This document shows, one piece after another, positions 10,544 to 19,760 of a stretch of DNA of 64,000 nt; positions within the stretch are counted from its first letter, which is position 1, and every line of letters starts with the position of its first letter. The notes under the pieces are model-generated. The model did no database searches. It was not told the origin of the DNA and worked only from the letters and a program-made list of their open reading frames with translations. Source of the stretch: an uncultured Planctomycetales bacterium (lineage in GTDB: Bacteria > Omnitrophota > Gorgyraeia > Zapsychrales > Fredricksoniimonadaceae); contig CAZNDZ010000001.1 in NCBI GenBank assembly GCA_964572155.1, positions 718,290 to 782,289 on the forward strand. The letters are read 5' to 3'. Both the position numbers and the translations under genes were made by a program.

Positions 10544-11607
10544 AGGTGTTAATTTCAACTGGGGGCAGCGGAGGGCATATCTTTCCCGCGTTGCAAACAG
10601 GGCTGGAATTAAAACGCCGTGGGCATGATGTTGTTTTTGCGGGTGCATTGGCCATGAGTTTAGATAAGATCCGTTCTCTTGGTTTTGAAGCCAATGTTAT
10701 TGATACACAAGGTTTAACCGATAAATCCCCCATGGGCCTCATGCGTTTTACATCAAAGACATTGTCTGCTTTAGTTCAAGCATCTAAAGGCATTGATCAA
10801 ATTAAACCCGATAAAGTCATTGGCTTTGGTGGTTATGGGTCATTTCCCATCATCATGGCTGCGTGCCTTAAGCGGTATCCGACGATGATACACGAACAAA
10901 ATGTTATCCCTGGAAAAGCCAATAAGATTTTAGCTAAATGCGTGAAGCGTGTTGCTGTTGCGTTTAAACAATCCATGCCTGTGTTTGGAGCGAAGTCCAT
11001 TTGGACAGGTTGTCCTTGCAATAACCAAGCGTTGACGACGTCGACGAAAGATATCAGATCGCGCTTAGGACTAAAGCCAGATTCAAAAGTTGTGGTGCTT
11101 TTAGGTGGGAGTCAGGGCAGTAAGTTTTTAAATGAGGCATTCTTTGAGGCTATGAAGACCTTGCTCAAAGAAGGAAATATAGAAGCTGTCCATGTGACGG
11201 GTAAAAATGAATGCGCTGTGTATCAAGAAAAATACAAGGCAGAACATTTGCCCGCGGTAGTATCAAGTTTTATTAGCCCCATCGAAGACATTTATGCAAT
11301 AGCCGATGTGATTGTCAGTCGATCTGGCGCCGCAACCGTGAGTGAATTGGGTTTCTATGGCGCGCCAAGTATTTTGGTGCCGTATCCTTTTGCACATGGT
11401 CATCAAGAACACAATGCACATGTTTTAGTGCAGGCGGGTAGCGCTGTTTTAATTAAACAAAAAGATTTAACCCATGAAGCTTTGCTTGATGCTATGCGTG
11501 CATATCTCAATGTCCCTGTATCCAAAGAAAACTTTCGTCGACAAAATGCGCCATTTTTTGTGAGTGATTCTGTTGTAAAGCTTGCAGATGCATTGGAGGC
11601 ATTATGA
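10540..11607 (+). CDS. murG: Lipid II GlcNAc transferase
   Basis: GGSGGHIFPA, GFGGY, HEQN, GGSQG, RSGAATVSE, HQEHNA. Confidence 0.96.
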   Translation: MKVLISTGGSGGHIFPALQTGLELKRRGHDVVFAGALAMSLDKIRSLGFEANVIDTQGLTDKSPMGLMRFTSKTLSALVQASKGIDQIKPDKVIGFGGYGSFPIIMAACLKRYPTMIHEQNVIPGKANKILAKCVKRVAVAFKQSMPVFGAKSIWTGCPCNNQALTTSTKDIRSRLGLKPDSKVVVLLGGSQGSKFLNEAFFEAMKTLLKEGNIEAVHVTGKNECAVYQEKYKAEHLPAVVSSFISPIEDIYAIADVIVSRSGAATVSELGFYGAPSILVPYPFAHGHQEHNAHVLVQAGSAVLIKQKDLTHEALLDAMRAYLNVPVSKENFRRQNAPFFVSDSVVKLADALEAL

Positions 11608-12383
11608 AATATTTAATCTGTATTCTCTTTTTTTTGATGCTGTGGGTCAGTCCATGTTTTGCTGATAAAGAATGGAAGGAATACAAGACAGATAATTTTA
11701 AGATTTATGCGCGTCATGTGAACGAAGATTTTACAAATACTGTCATGATGGAGGCGCAAGAGACTCTAGAAACTGTTTTAGAGAATTTTGGTATTCGAAA
11801 GTCCCAAGTCTGGTCAAAAAAGAATCCAGTGTCGATTTATATTTATGAAAATGAGGAAGATTATGTGAAGAATGGTCAGCAGGCAGGCTGGTCACATGGC
11901 GCCGCGTTAATACAGTCTCGTTCTATTCGTACTTATCCTTCTGCTAGTGGTTTTTTTGACAGCATTTTGCCTCATGAATTGGGACATATTGTTTTACATG
12001 AGTATCTTGGGATACATGTCCCAGTGCCTTTGTGGTTTGATGAAGGGGTAGCCATGTATCAAGAAAAAGCCCGTCAATTAGGTGGGCATAAGGCGGCCGC
12101 CGAGGCTATTAAAAATGGCAAATTTATTCCTTTAACTGAATTGACGAATATGAGATTATATTCCGACACAGATCAGGAGACAGTTCGTTTGTTTTATGTC
12201 GAGTCTGCCAGTGTTGTAAATTTCATGATCACACAGTTGGGTGATTTTCACTTTCGAAAATTATGCCGTTTATTAAAAGAACATCGTAGTTTTCATAATG
12301 CCTTAACAGAGGCATATCCACGTATAAAGAATTTAGAAGACCTAAACAAACAATGGGTAAGGTATTTAACGGAAAATGACTAA
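11604..12383 (+). CDS. Exported zinc metallopeptidase (gluzincin / peptidase MA-like)
   Basis: Signal peptide (…SPCFA); HELGH zinc motif followed by PLWFDEGVA; overlaps the murG stop and the murC start. Confidence 0.8.
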   Translation: MKYLICILFFLMLWVSPCFADKEWKEYKTDNFKIYARHVNEDFTNTVMMEAQETLETVLENFGIRKSQVWSKKNPVSIYIYENEEDYVKNGQQAGWSHGAALIQSRSIRTYPSASGFFDSILPHELGHIVLHEYLGIHVPVPLWFDEGVAMYQEKARQLGGHKAAAEAIKNGKFIPLTELTNMRLYSDTDQETVRLFYVESASVVNFMITQLGDFHFRKLCRLLKEHRSFHNALTEAYPRIKNLEDLNKQWVRYLTEND

Positions 12384-13740
12384 ACATTATCATTTGATTG
12401 GTATCGGCGGGATCGGCATGGGCACCATCGCATCCCTTTTATTATCTCAAGGTCAAAAGGTTAGCGGTTCAGATCTTAAAGATAATGATTTGATTGCACG
12501 TTTGCGTAAAGAAGGCGCTGTGATTTCGATTGGTCATGATGCCAGCAACGTTAAGAAGCCGGACGTGGTTGTCTATTCTTCCGCGGTGCGCATGAATAAT
12601 CCTGAGATGATTGAAGCAGAGAGTAAAAATATTCCTGTATTGCGTCGTGCAAAAGTTTTAGCAGAATTGGTTAATGAGAAAAAAGGCATCACCGTTGCAG
12701 GTGCGCATGGTAAGACCACCACAACATCCATGATTAGCTCCATCCTAATTGCTGCCAATTTAAATCCCACGACGGCTGTCGGGGGTATCTGTGCGCATCA
12801 TGCGAACTTAGGTGGCGGGGAACACTTTGTTGCTGAAGCAGATGAGAGTGATGGCACATTCTTATTTTTTAAACCACATATTTCTGTCATTACCAACATT
12901 GATTTTGAACATGTTGACCACTATAAGAATTGGGAAGGTATTTTAGCAGCCTATACACAATTTATTGGATGCACTGTTAAAGGTGGCGTTGTGATCGCCT
13001 GCGGGGAAGATGGCAGGTTGTCTTCCATCTTAGATAAAGCTGCTGTGCGCAATATACGTTATGGATTAAATCCCAATCTAGATGTGTATGCTACCAATGT
13101 AACCACCCAAGGTTTTCAGACGTCGTTTGATGTTTATTTTAATAGAAAAGCACTTGGTACGTTTAAATTAGGTGTTCCAGGGGCACATAATGTGTTAAAT
13201 GCCTTGGCTGCGATTGCTGTTGGTTTGGAATTAAATATCCCAGTTGACACCATGCAACGTGCACTATTAGCGTTTCATGGTGTGAAGCGTCGTTTTCAAC
13301 TTAAAGGGGAAGTCGACGGGATCATGGTTGTCGATGATTATGGGCATCATCCCGCGGAGATGGTGGCGACGATCAAAGCAGCCAGAAGTTTTGAACCAAA
13401 ACGCTTGGTCGTGGCTTTTCAACCACATCGCTATTCTCGTACAAAATTTCTTTTGAATGAATTTGTCGACGCCCTAAAGTTGGCGGATGAAGTTGTCATA
13501 ACCGATATTTATGCCGCCAGTGAGAAAGTCACAGAGGGTGTATCGACAGAAGTATTGTTTAAGAAAGTTCAAGAGCAATTAGGGCAACGCGTGATTTACT
13601 TAAAAAAAGATCATATCGTCGAGTTTTTGGCACAAAATACAAAGTCTGGTGACTTGGCATTATTTTTAGGTGCAGGCGATATTTATCAATTATCAGATAT
13701 GTTGGTTGCAAGATTACAGACAAAGAAAGTGGGCGTATGA
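12376..13740 (+). CDS. murC: UDP-MurNAc-L-alanine ligase
   Basis: GIGGIGM, GSD, AGAHGKTTTT, EADESDG, GVKRRF, DDYGHHP, FQPHRYSRT, GAGD. Confidence 0.96.
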   Translation: MTKHYHLIGIGGIGMGTIASLLLSQGQKVSGSDLKDNDLIARLRKEGAVISIGHDASNVKKPDVVVYSSAVRMNNPEMIEAESKNIPVLRRAKVLAELVNEKKGITVAGAHGKTTTTSMISSILIAANLNPTTAVGGICAHHANLGGGEHFVAEADESDGTFLFFKPHISVITNIDFEHVDHYKNWEGILAAYTQFIGCTVKGGVVIACGEDGRLSSILDKAAVRNIRYGLNPNLDVYATNVTTQGFQTSFDVYFNRKALGTFKLGVPGAHNVLNALAAIAVGLELNIPVDTMQRALLAFHGVKRRFQLKGEVDGIMVVDDYGHHPAEMVATIKAARSFEPKRLVVAFQPHRYSRTKFLLNEFVDALKLADEVVITDIYAASEKVTEGVSTEVLFKKVQEQLGQRVIYLKKDHIVEFLAQNTKSGDLALFLGAGDIYQLSDMLVARLQTKKVGV

Positions 13741-14690
13741 GCAGCGTTTCCGATTTTGGTAATATAGGTGTGCTGATGGGTGGATATTCTTCGGAACGCC
13801 AGATTTCATTAAAGTCAGGTCAAGGGGTTATTGATGCCTTAACACAAGCAGGTTACCCTGTAACACCCATTGACATCGTTGTTTCAGATAAGCATAAGAT
13901 CAAAGAACAGATTGCCGCTGCTCAAATTGACATTGCCTTTATTGCGTTGCATGGGCGTCTAGGGGAAGATGGCGAGATTCAAACCATTTTAGAAGAAATG
14001 GATATTCCCTATACAGGTTCTGGTGTTGATGCCAGTCAAAAAGCGTTTAATAAAACAGTTGCCCAGAAAATTTTTAAATCACATAATTTGCCAGTTCCAG
14101 AACATTTTTGTATCACCGACGGTCAACGTAAAGATTTTAAAGAAGCTTTTGCTGTCTTAAAAAAGTTACCCTTCGTGGTTAAAGCAGCATGTGAGGGATC
14201 AAGCATCGGTATTTTTATGGTGCGTCATCCATCACAATGGGACAGCACCATCAAAGATGCCTTAAATTTCGGACCATACTTGATCATTGAAAAATATATC
14301 AAGGGTCGTGAAATCACGGCGGGTATTTTCGAAAACGAAGCTTTGCCTTTGGTTGAAATACGCACCAAAACAGGCATGTTTGATTTTAATTCGAAATATC
14401 AAAAAGGATTAACGCAATACGATGTGCCAGCTGTTTTAAGTGAGACAGTCGCAACGCGCATTAAGAAGATTGCATTAGCAGCGCATGAAGCCATTGGCTG
14501 TGAAGGTTTTTCACGCGTGGATGTCCGTTTAGATGAAAAAGATAATCCATATATTCTAGAAATCAATACGATCCCAGGGTTTACACCAACGAGCTTGTTT
14601 CCAAAAGCTGCGGCGGTGGCGGGGTATAGTTTCCTTGATGTATGTACAAAATTGCTGACAATAGCCCATGGTAAAAAAGCCAAACATTAA
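13737..14690 (+). CDS. ddl: D-alanine--D-alanine ligase
   Basis: GGYSSERQISLKSG, LHGRLGEDG, YTGS, EGSSIG, SKY, LEINTIPGFT. Confidence 0.95.
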   Translation: MSSVSDFGNIGVLMGGYSSERQISLKSGQGVIDALTQAGYPVTPIDIVVSDKHKIKEQIAAAQIDIAFIALHGRLGEDGEIQTILEEMDIPYTGSGVDASQKAFNKTVAQKIFKSHNLPVPEHFCITDGQRKDFKEAFAVLKKLPFVVKAACEGSSIGIFMVRHPSQWDSTIKDALNFGPYLIIEKYIKGREITAGIFENEALPLVEIRTKTGMFDFNSKYQKGLTQYDVPAVLSETVATRIKKIALAAHEAIGCEGFSRVDVRLDEKDNPYILEINTIPGFTPTSLFPKAAAVAGYSFLDVCTKLLTIAHGKKAKH

Positions 14691-15426
14691 TATCCCTGCC
14701 ATTGCAATCATTCGCGTGATTGTATTCTTATTCATCGGTTTAGTTGCTTTTGTCGGCTATACAAAAGCCCAAGACTTAGTGCTACGCAATGATTTATTTG
14801 CCGTACATGATGTCTATGTCGAGCGTTCGATTGAGTTTATCGATAAGAAGCAGTTGATCGATTTAAAGGGTAGAAATATTTTTACCGTTGATCTAGTTAA
14901 GATGCACCGACGTATTAAGAGTCAATACCCTCAGATTTCACAGTTACACATCGTTAAAGAATTACCCGACCACATCAAAATACTTGCCAAGAAACGCGAT
15001 CCCGCTTTTGCCTATGTTTTAAAGGGAAAATATCTCTTGGTTGATCGTGAAGGTGTGGCGATGTATTATGTAGATAAACAAGGTGATTTGCCAAGCGTCT
15101 TTGGTCCAGTAGGATCAAGTATGAAAGTTGTGTTGGGTACAACGATTGCCAATGATGCCATCAACGATGCCTTAAAAATCATCAATGCGTTTAAGGCTCG
15201 TCAGCAAATTTCTCGTTTGAAGATCGTTAGCCTTGATTTAAGCAATGTGTCACGCTATACAATTGTCTGTGTGGGTGGTTTTAAGGTGCTCTTAGATAAA
15301 GAAAAGTATTCTGAAAAATTAAACATGTTAGAAATGATGTTGGCACAACGCAAAATTGATTTTAATACCGCGAAGTATGTTGATTTAAGATTTAATGAAC
15401 CTGTTTTAGGGGAGAATGCTCCATGA
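14668..15426 (+). CDS. ftsQ: Cell division protein FtsQ/DivIB
   Basis: Single TM, POTRA-like region, C-terminal YVDLRF motif; lies between ddl and ftsA. Confidence 0.85.
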   Translation: MVKKPNINIPAIAIIRVIVFLFIGLVAFVGYTKAQDLVLRNDLFAVHDVYVERSIEFIDKKQLIDLKGRNIFTVDLVKMHRRIKSQYPQISQLHIVKELPDHIKILAKKRDPAFAYVLKGKYLLVDREGVAMYYVDKQGDLPSVFGPVGSSMKVVLGTTIANDAINDALKIINAFKARQQISRLKIVSLDLSNVSRYTIVCVGGFKVLLDKEKYSEKLNMLEMMLAQRKIDFNTAKYVDLRFNEPVLGENAP

Positions 15427-16652
15427 TGTTTAAGAAAGTAACTAAACTCAAATATTTTTGCGGTGTGGATATTGGTGTCTCGTGCGTCAAGGCGGCCTTG
15501 GTTAAGGTGCAAGATGAGAAAAATTTAGATCTATTGGGTGTGGCTGAGATACCATCGTCGGGTTTCAAGGATGCGTCGGTGAGCGACTTAACTGAATTAG
15601 CCGAATGCATCACCCGTGCCGTTAAAACGGTAGCGTCGAAGAATAATGTTAATATTTCAACCATACATTTAGGGATGAGTGCAGAATATTTAACCGTGCG
15701 CCATTCATCCGCAGTTGTGCCCTTGATCGATACAGGCAGTAAGGTCATCAGCCGTGCTGATATTAAGAAAGTGGATAATCAAGCCCGATTACTTGGCACT
15801 GCCTTAGAAGAAGAAATTGTTCACGATTTCCCTCAAAGTTATAAGGTTGATGATGTCAATGTGGCAACCAATCCTTTAGGTCTATATGGCCGCAAGATTG
15901 AATCAAATTTATTATTGCTCCTGGTTAATGCCAATCGTATGCGCAATTTGATCAAAGCCGTGCATCAGGCAGGGTTCGAAGTCAGTGATGTGTCATTAAG
16001 TTCATACGCTGCATCCTTGGTTTCCGTCGAGGAAACATTGCGTAATCAAGGTTGTGTTTTAGTCGACATTGGATCAAATACCACGACGGCCTTATTCTTT
16101 AAAAATGGCATTCTAGGAGATATTCAATCCATCCCTTGGGGCGGGAATTATTTAACCCAAAGCTTAGCGGAACGTTTAGGGTTGGCTGCTGATTTAGCGG
16201 AAGATATCAAAAAGGTTCATGCTGTTGCCTCTGCCAATGCGGCCAAAGAAGAGGGTGAGATTTTGATCAAACGCGAACGTGGCTTCTTACCCATTCGCAA
16301 AGAAAAAGTTTGTGAAGCAGTTAATTGGGAAGTTGAAAATTTGCTAACACATTTGGAAGCCGTGATCAAAGGTTCGCCGCTATTTTATGAAATTAACAGC
16401 GGGGTGGTGATGATCGGTGGCGGTGCTTTAATGCCAGGCTTAATGGAACGTGTTGAAAATAGATTAAAGATGCCTGTGAGTTTGGGGAATACCAAGGGCT
16501 TAAATCATGCCGCACTTTTTGCTGGCGCCATTGGTCTAGCTCAAATGAGTTATTATAAGAATAAGAAGGAAGCGTTGGATTTGCGCATGCCTGTTGATAT
16601 GAAGAATAAAGTCTTCGAGCGTGTTAAAGAATTGTGTCAGGAATATTTTTAA
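15423..16652 (+). CDS. ftsA: Cell division protein FtsA
   Basis: VDIG…K actin-like phosphate motif, YKVDD…NPLGLYG, VDIGSNTT, GGNYLT, AEDIK, GGGALMPG; amphipathic C-terminal tail. Confidence 0.9.
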   Translation: MMFKKVTKLKYFCGVDIGVSCVKAALVKVQDEKNLDLLGVAEIPSSGFKDASVSDLTELAECITRAVKTVASKNNVNISTIHLGMSAEYLTVRHSSAVVPLIDTGSKVISRADIKKVDNQARLLGTALEEEIVHDFPQSYKVDDVNVATNPLGLYGRKIESNLLLLLVNANRMRNLIKAVHQAGFEVSDVSLSSYAASLVSVEETLRNQGCVLVDIGSNTTTALFFKNGILGDIQSIPWGGNYLTQSLAERLGLAADLAEDIKKVHAVASANAAKEEGEILIKRERGFLPIRKEKVCEAVNWEVENLLTHLEAVIKGSPLFYEINSGVVMIGGGALMPGLMERVENRLKMPVSLGNTKGLNHAALFAGAIGLAQMSYYKNKKEALDLRMPVDMKNKVFERVKELCQEYF

Positions 16653-17020
16653 GAATCGTTGTTCTTGCGGTCGTTGCGTCGTTTGCCTAAATTAAAGTCG
16701 ATGTTTTTAAGCAAAGAACGTAAACGCAGTAAGCTGCTAAAGATATAGAGCATCCAGAAAGAATTAAATAATAGCAGGATAACGATGAGCAGGGTGTTGA
16801 TTGTTTGGGTGAACATGAGGCGTTCGATGATGGTGCCTTCACCACTCATGTGATGCATGTCCGCATTGACGTCAATAATTTTCAAGGTGTTGACGAAAAC
16901 AGCGACGAAGATGCCGACTAAGATGATCTCAAAGAAGAGCATATAGAAATGACGTATGAACCATTGGGAACTGCGATTGTCCCATTGACGTAAGGTATTG
17001 GTAAAGTCATTTAATCCCAT
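16649..17020 (-). CDS. Hypothetical membrane protein (2 TM), 123 aa
   Basis: Part of ORF 16649..17176. ATG at 17020 is preceded by AGGAG; two hydrophobic segments; converges on ftsA with overlapping stop codons. Confidence 0.7.
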   Translation of the reverse strand: MGLNDFTNTLRQWDNRSSQWFIRHFYMLFFEIILVGIFVAVFVNTLKIIDVNADMHHMSGEGTIIERLMFTQTINTLLIVILLLFNSFWMLYIFSSLLRLRSLLKNIDFNLGKRRNDRKNNDS

Positions 17021-17072
17021 AGCATCTCCTAATCGTTGATTGTATATTAGCTTAAGAATGGAGATAAGCGAA

Positions 17073-17573
17073 ATGAATATCAAATTTTTTGTTTGTGCAT
17101 GCATGCTAACTGCCTTGACCGCGTGTGCAACACCCATTGCCCAAAAAGGTTCCTTAGGATATTCTGATAAACGCAATATTGTGGTGGTTGGGGAAAATGT
17201 TGAAGAATCAATCGCGGAATATTATCAAAAAAAATATGATGCGCTGGTCTGGTTTACCCCATATCAGGGCAGCGTAGCAAATTTCACAAATAATATCGTA
17301 GAATCAGGCATTGGTCCAAGCAAACCCATGCGATCATTGATTGTTCAGCTAAAGAGCATGAATCAAACCATGGGCCGTTGGCAAGTTTATATCCCAAAGA
17401 TCGCGGAATCATATTTTATCCGCACATTAAAGCATATGGAAAATGGGTCCTTGTCTAAAGCACGCGGATCGGTGATCCTCATTGATTCGAATCATGCCCC
17501 AGAAGTAGAAAAGGAAGTTAATCGTGTCAGCGACGGAAGTTTCTTCGTTGAGTTTGAATCAGGCAAGGAGTAG
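17073..17573 (+). CDS. Hypothetical lipoprotein
   Basis: ATG 17073 after GGAGA; MNIKFFVCACMLTALTAC carries a lipobox (LTAC). Confidence 0.7.
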   Translation: MNIKFFVCACMLTALTACATPIAQKGSLGYSDKRNIVVVGENVEESIAEYYQKKYDALVWFTPYQGSVANFTNNIVESGIGPSKPMRSLIVQLKSMNQTMGRWQVYIPKIAESYFIRTLKHMENGSLSKARGSVILIDSNHAPEVEKEVNRVSDGSFFVEFESGKE

Positions 17574-17577
17574 AAAA

Positions 17578-17651
17578 CGCGCCTCGAGGGACTCGAACCC
17601 CCAACCCTTTGTTCCGAAGACAAATGCTCTATCCAGTTGAGCTAGAGGCGC
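17578..17651 (-). tRNA. tRNA-Arg(TCG), CCA not encoded
   Basis: Reverse complement reads GCGCCTC TA GCTC AACTGGATA GAGC A TTTGT CTTCGGA ACAAA GGGTT GGGGG TTCGAGT CCCTC GAGGCGC G, a complete cloverleaf with anticodon TCG. Confidence 0.95.
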
Positions 17652-17672
17652 AATTCAAGGCTATAATCTATC

Positions 17673-19676
17673 ATGCTTCTTACTTTCCTTAAAGAAAAAA
17701 CCTTTCTAGTCATATTTATAATATCATTGGCGATCGCAGCAGCGCTCACCGCAGCATGTTGGCACATGAATTTCTGGCCGTCGGATGCGGAAGTATATTA
17801 CATGCCTGCGGCCAAAGATTTATTCCATCATCCTTATCTGTCGTCCATGCATCAAGCCTTGGATGAAGAGCGCATCAAATGGCTGCATGGCAAAGAAATG
17901 CATGTGTTGGCGATCGCTGTCTTGCAACGCCTCATGCAGGATACCGAAACACTTCGTCCTTTACTTTTGCTTGGCGTTTTATCCATTTTCTTTTCCACCA
18001 TTTTTATTTTCTTAATAGCACGAAAACTTTGGGGCAAAACATCTGCGGTTGTGGTGTGGTTTTTATTTGCCTCATCTTTTTGGCCATACCTTTACGTATT
18101 ATTTACCAAGCATCAAACTCAAGGGTTAATGTTTTTCTTACTTAGTGCCTTGATCCTTGTTTTTGCTAACCGTGCGTGGGTTTATCTGATCGCAGGCATG
18201 GCCATGGCCACATCGATTTTCTCGTCGACGGTATCCATGCTGTATGTGCCGCTCGTTATCGCCATCTTTTGTTTGTATCAAAAGCAGGCTTTGCGTAACG
18301 TCATTATATTCGGCGTTGGTTTTATTGGCATAGTGGTCTTTGTTAATTGGCCGGATGTGATGGGGAATCTGAAAAGTTATGCGGCCTATGTGAAGATCAG
18401 CGGGGCCATGAATCATTTCTTCTATAATCAACGTGTTCTGGTGCAATGGCTGCCTACCTATGATTTAAAAGACACGCGCGCAGGATTTCAATGGGTGATC
18501 AAATATTTAATTCTAGTCATTCCCTTTATCCTCGCCATTTTTGCCTGGTGTTTAAATCAAAGTTTTAAACGTTATAAGCAAACGACGTTTTTGATGCTCG
18601 TCTTAAGCGTTTCTGGCATTGTCATGGCAGAGCTCAAAGGCGTTGCGCAATACGGGGCTAATTATTTTCCAGTCTTAATCGGCATGCTCATGTTCATTGG
18701 CTGGTCGCTAAAGCGCGTTACGATGAAGCGCTGGTGGGTTTATATCGCCGCTGTTATCTTTGTATGGAATGCGTATATCTTTGCCAATGAAATCTACCCA
18801 AGCCGCATGGTCACCACACAAATTTCTGATTATTTAAGTAAAAATAGTATCAAAACGATTTATACCTTCCGCCAACATGTCTTGAGGCCAAACATCTTAG
18901 ATCATTTAAATCCATCGACATTAAGTCAATTGAGCATTGTACCCATCGAAAGTGTTGTGCAAGTCAGCGATGGTTACATTTTATTGCCACCCATTAGTTC
19001 AGATTCCATTTATCGGGCATCGAATGGCGACTACAATGATTTTGATAGTGATTTAATGCTTAACAACATCGTGCGTCAAGGCAAGCTCAAAGATTATGCC
19101 GTCAAAGGGTTTAAAACGTTAGGTTCCAGTTTGATTTGGAGTCAAGAGGAAGAGATTTTTGCGTATCGCAACTTGGTGCGTCAGCAATTCAAAGACAGTG
19201 ATTTAAATAAAGCATGGATTTTGGATGCTGCGAAGATTGCAAAAGATAAAATGAAATTTATTCCATCTCAAGACGATTTGATGATGCAGCAACATAATAT
19301 CCGTAATATTGGATCGCTTACACGGCAAAATATGTTTACTAGCTACCAAGGGGGAGTGGCCAAAGATACTGCTCTTAAAGGACTAGCCGCCCGTATATAT
19401 AAGGTAGGCAACCCTACAGATAATTTAAGGGCCTTTGTCTTTAAGGTGGATGACAAGCAGCCCATGTGGATACCCTATGCACCAGCATTTATCTCTAAAC
19501 CATTACCAGCTAATAGGATAGGTTCTGATCTTCAAAGCGAACCTGCTGTTTTTACGTTTGACCCGCCCTTAAACCTTCAAGCAGGCGCATTTTCTGTGGT
19601 TATTTACCGCGATGGCAAGCCCTCTGACCAAGACTTTTACCGCATTTACGCCGATGTTTTAGGCCGCATCGAATAG
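17673..19676 (+). CDS. Polytopic membrane protein, probable GT-C (ArnT/PMT-like) glycosyltransferase
   Basis: About 10-11 hydrophobic segments; acidic 'WPSDAEVYY' motif after TM1; soluble C-terminal domain. The family call is an inference. Confidence 0.6.
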   Translation: MLLTFLKEKTFLVIFIISLAIAAALTAACWHMNFWPSDAEVYYMPAAKDLFHHPYLSSMHQALDEERIKWLHGKEMHVLAIAVLQRLMQDTETLRPLLLLGVLSIFFSTIFIFLIARKLWGKTSAVVVWFLFASSFWPYLYVLFTKHQTQGLMFFLLSALILVFANRAWVYLIAGMAMATSIFSSTVSMLYVPLVIAIFCLYQKQALRNVIIFGVGFIGIVVFVNWPDVMGNLKSYAAYVKISGAMNHFFYNQRVLVQWLPTYDLKDTRAGFQWVIKYLILVIPFILAIFAWCLNQSFKRYKQTTFLMLVLSVSGIVMAELKGVAQYGANYFPVLIGMLMFIGWSLKRVTMKRWWVYIAAVIFVWNAYIFANEIYPSRMVTTQISDYLSKNSIKTIYTFRQHVLRPNILDHLNPSTLSQLSIVPIESVVQVSDGYILLPPISSDSIYRASNGDYNDFDSDLMLNNIVRQGKLKDYAVKGFKTLGSSLIWSQEEEIFAYRNLVRQQFKDSDLNKAWILDAAKIAKDKMKFIPSQDDLMMQQHNIRNIGSLTRQNMFTSYQGGVAKDTALKGLAARIYKVGNPTDNLRAFVFKVDDKQPMWIPYAPAFISKPLPANRIGSDLQSEPAVFTFDPPLNLQAGAFSVVIYRDGKPSDQDFYRIYADVLGRIE

Positions 19677-19683
19677 CATAAAT

Positions 19684-19712
19684 TTGCATAAAGCGTTTCC
19701 CCATGCTACACT
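19684..19712 (+). promoter_or_regulatory. Putative sigma70 promoter for the 1513-aa gene
   Basis: TTGCAT (19684-89), 17 nt, TACACT (19707-12), with an extended -10 TG. Confidence 0.55.
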
Positions 19713-19760
19713 TTCCATAATTTCGTTAGCGCCAAAATACCCTAAATATAAAGAGGTTAC

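Noticed and set aside
17021-17176. Overlapping 5' extensions of ORFs 16649..17176 (-) and 17040..17573 (+)
   Set aside because: RBS-supported starts at 17020 (-) and 17073 (+) remove the overlap and give a normal divergent pair.
16649-17651. Integrative element at the tRNA-Arg 3' end
   Set aside because: No integrase and no duplicated tRNA 3' fragment (att site) were found.
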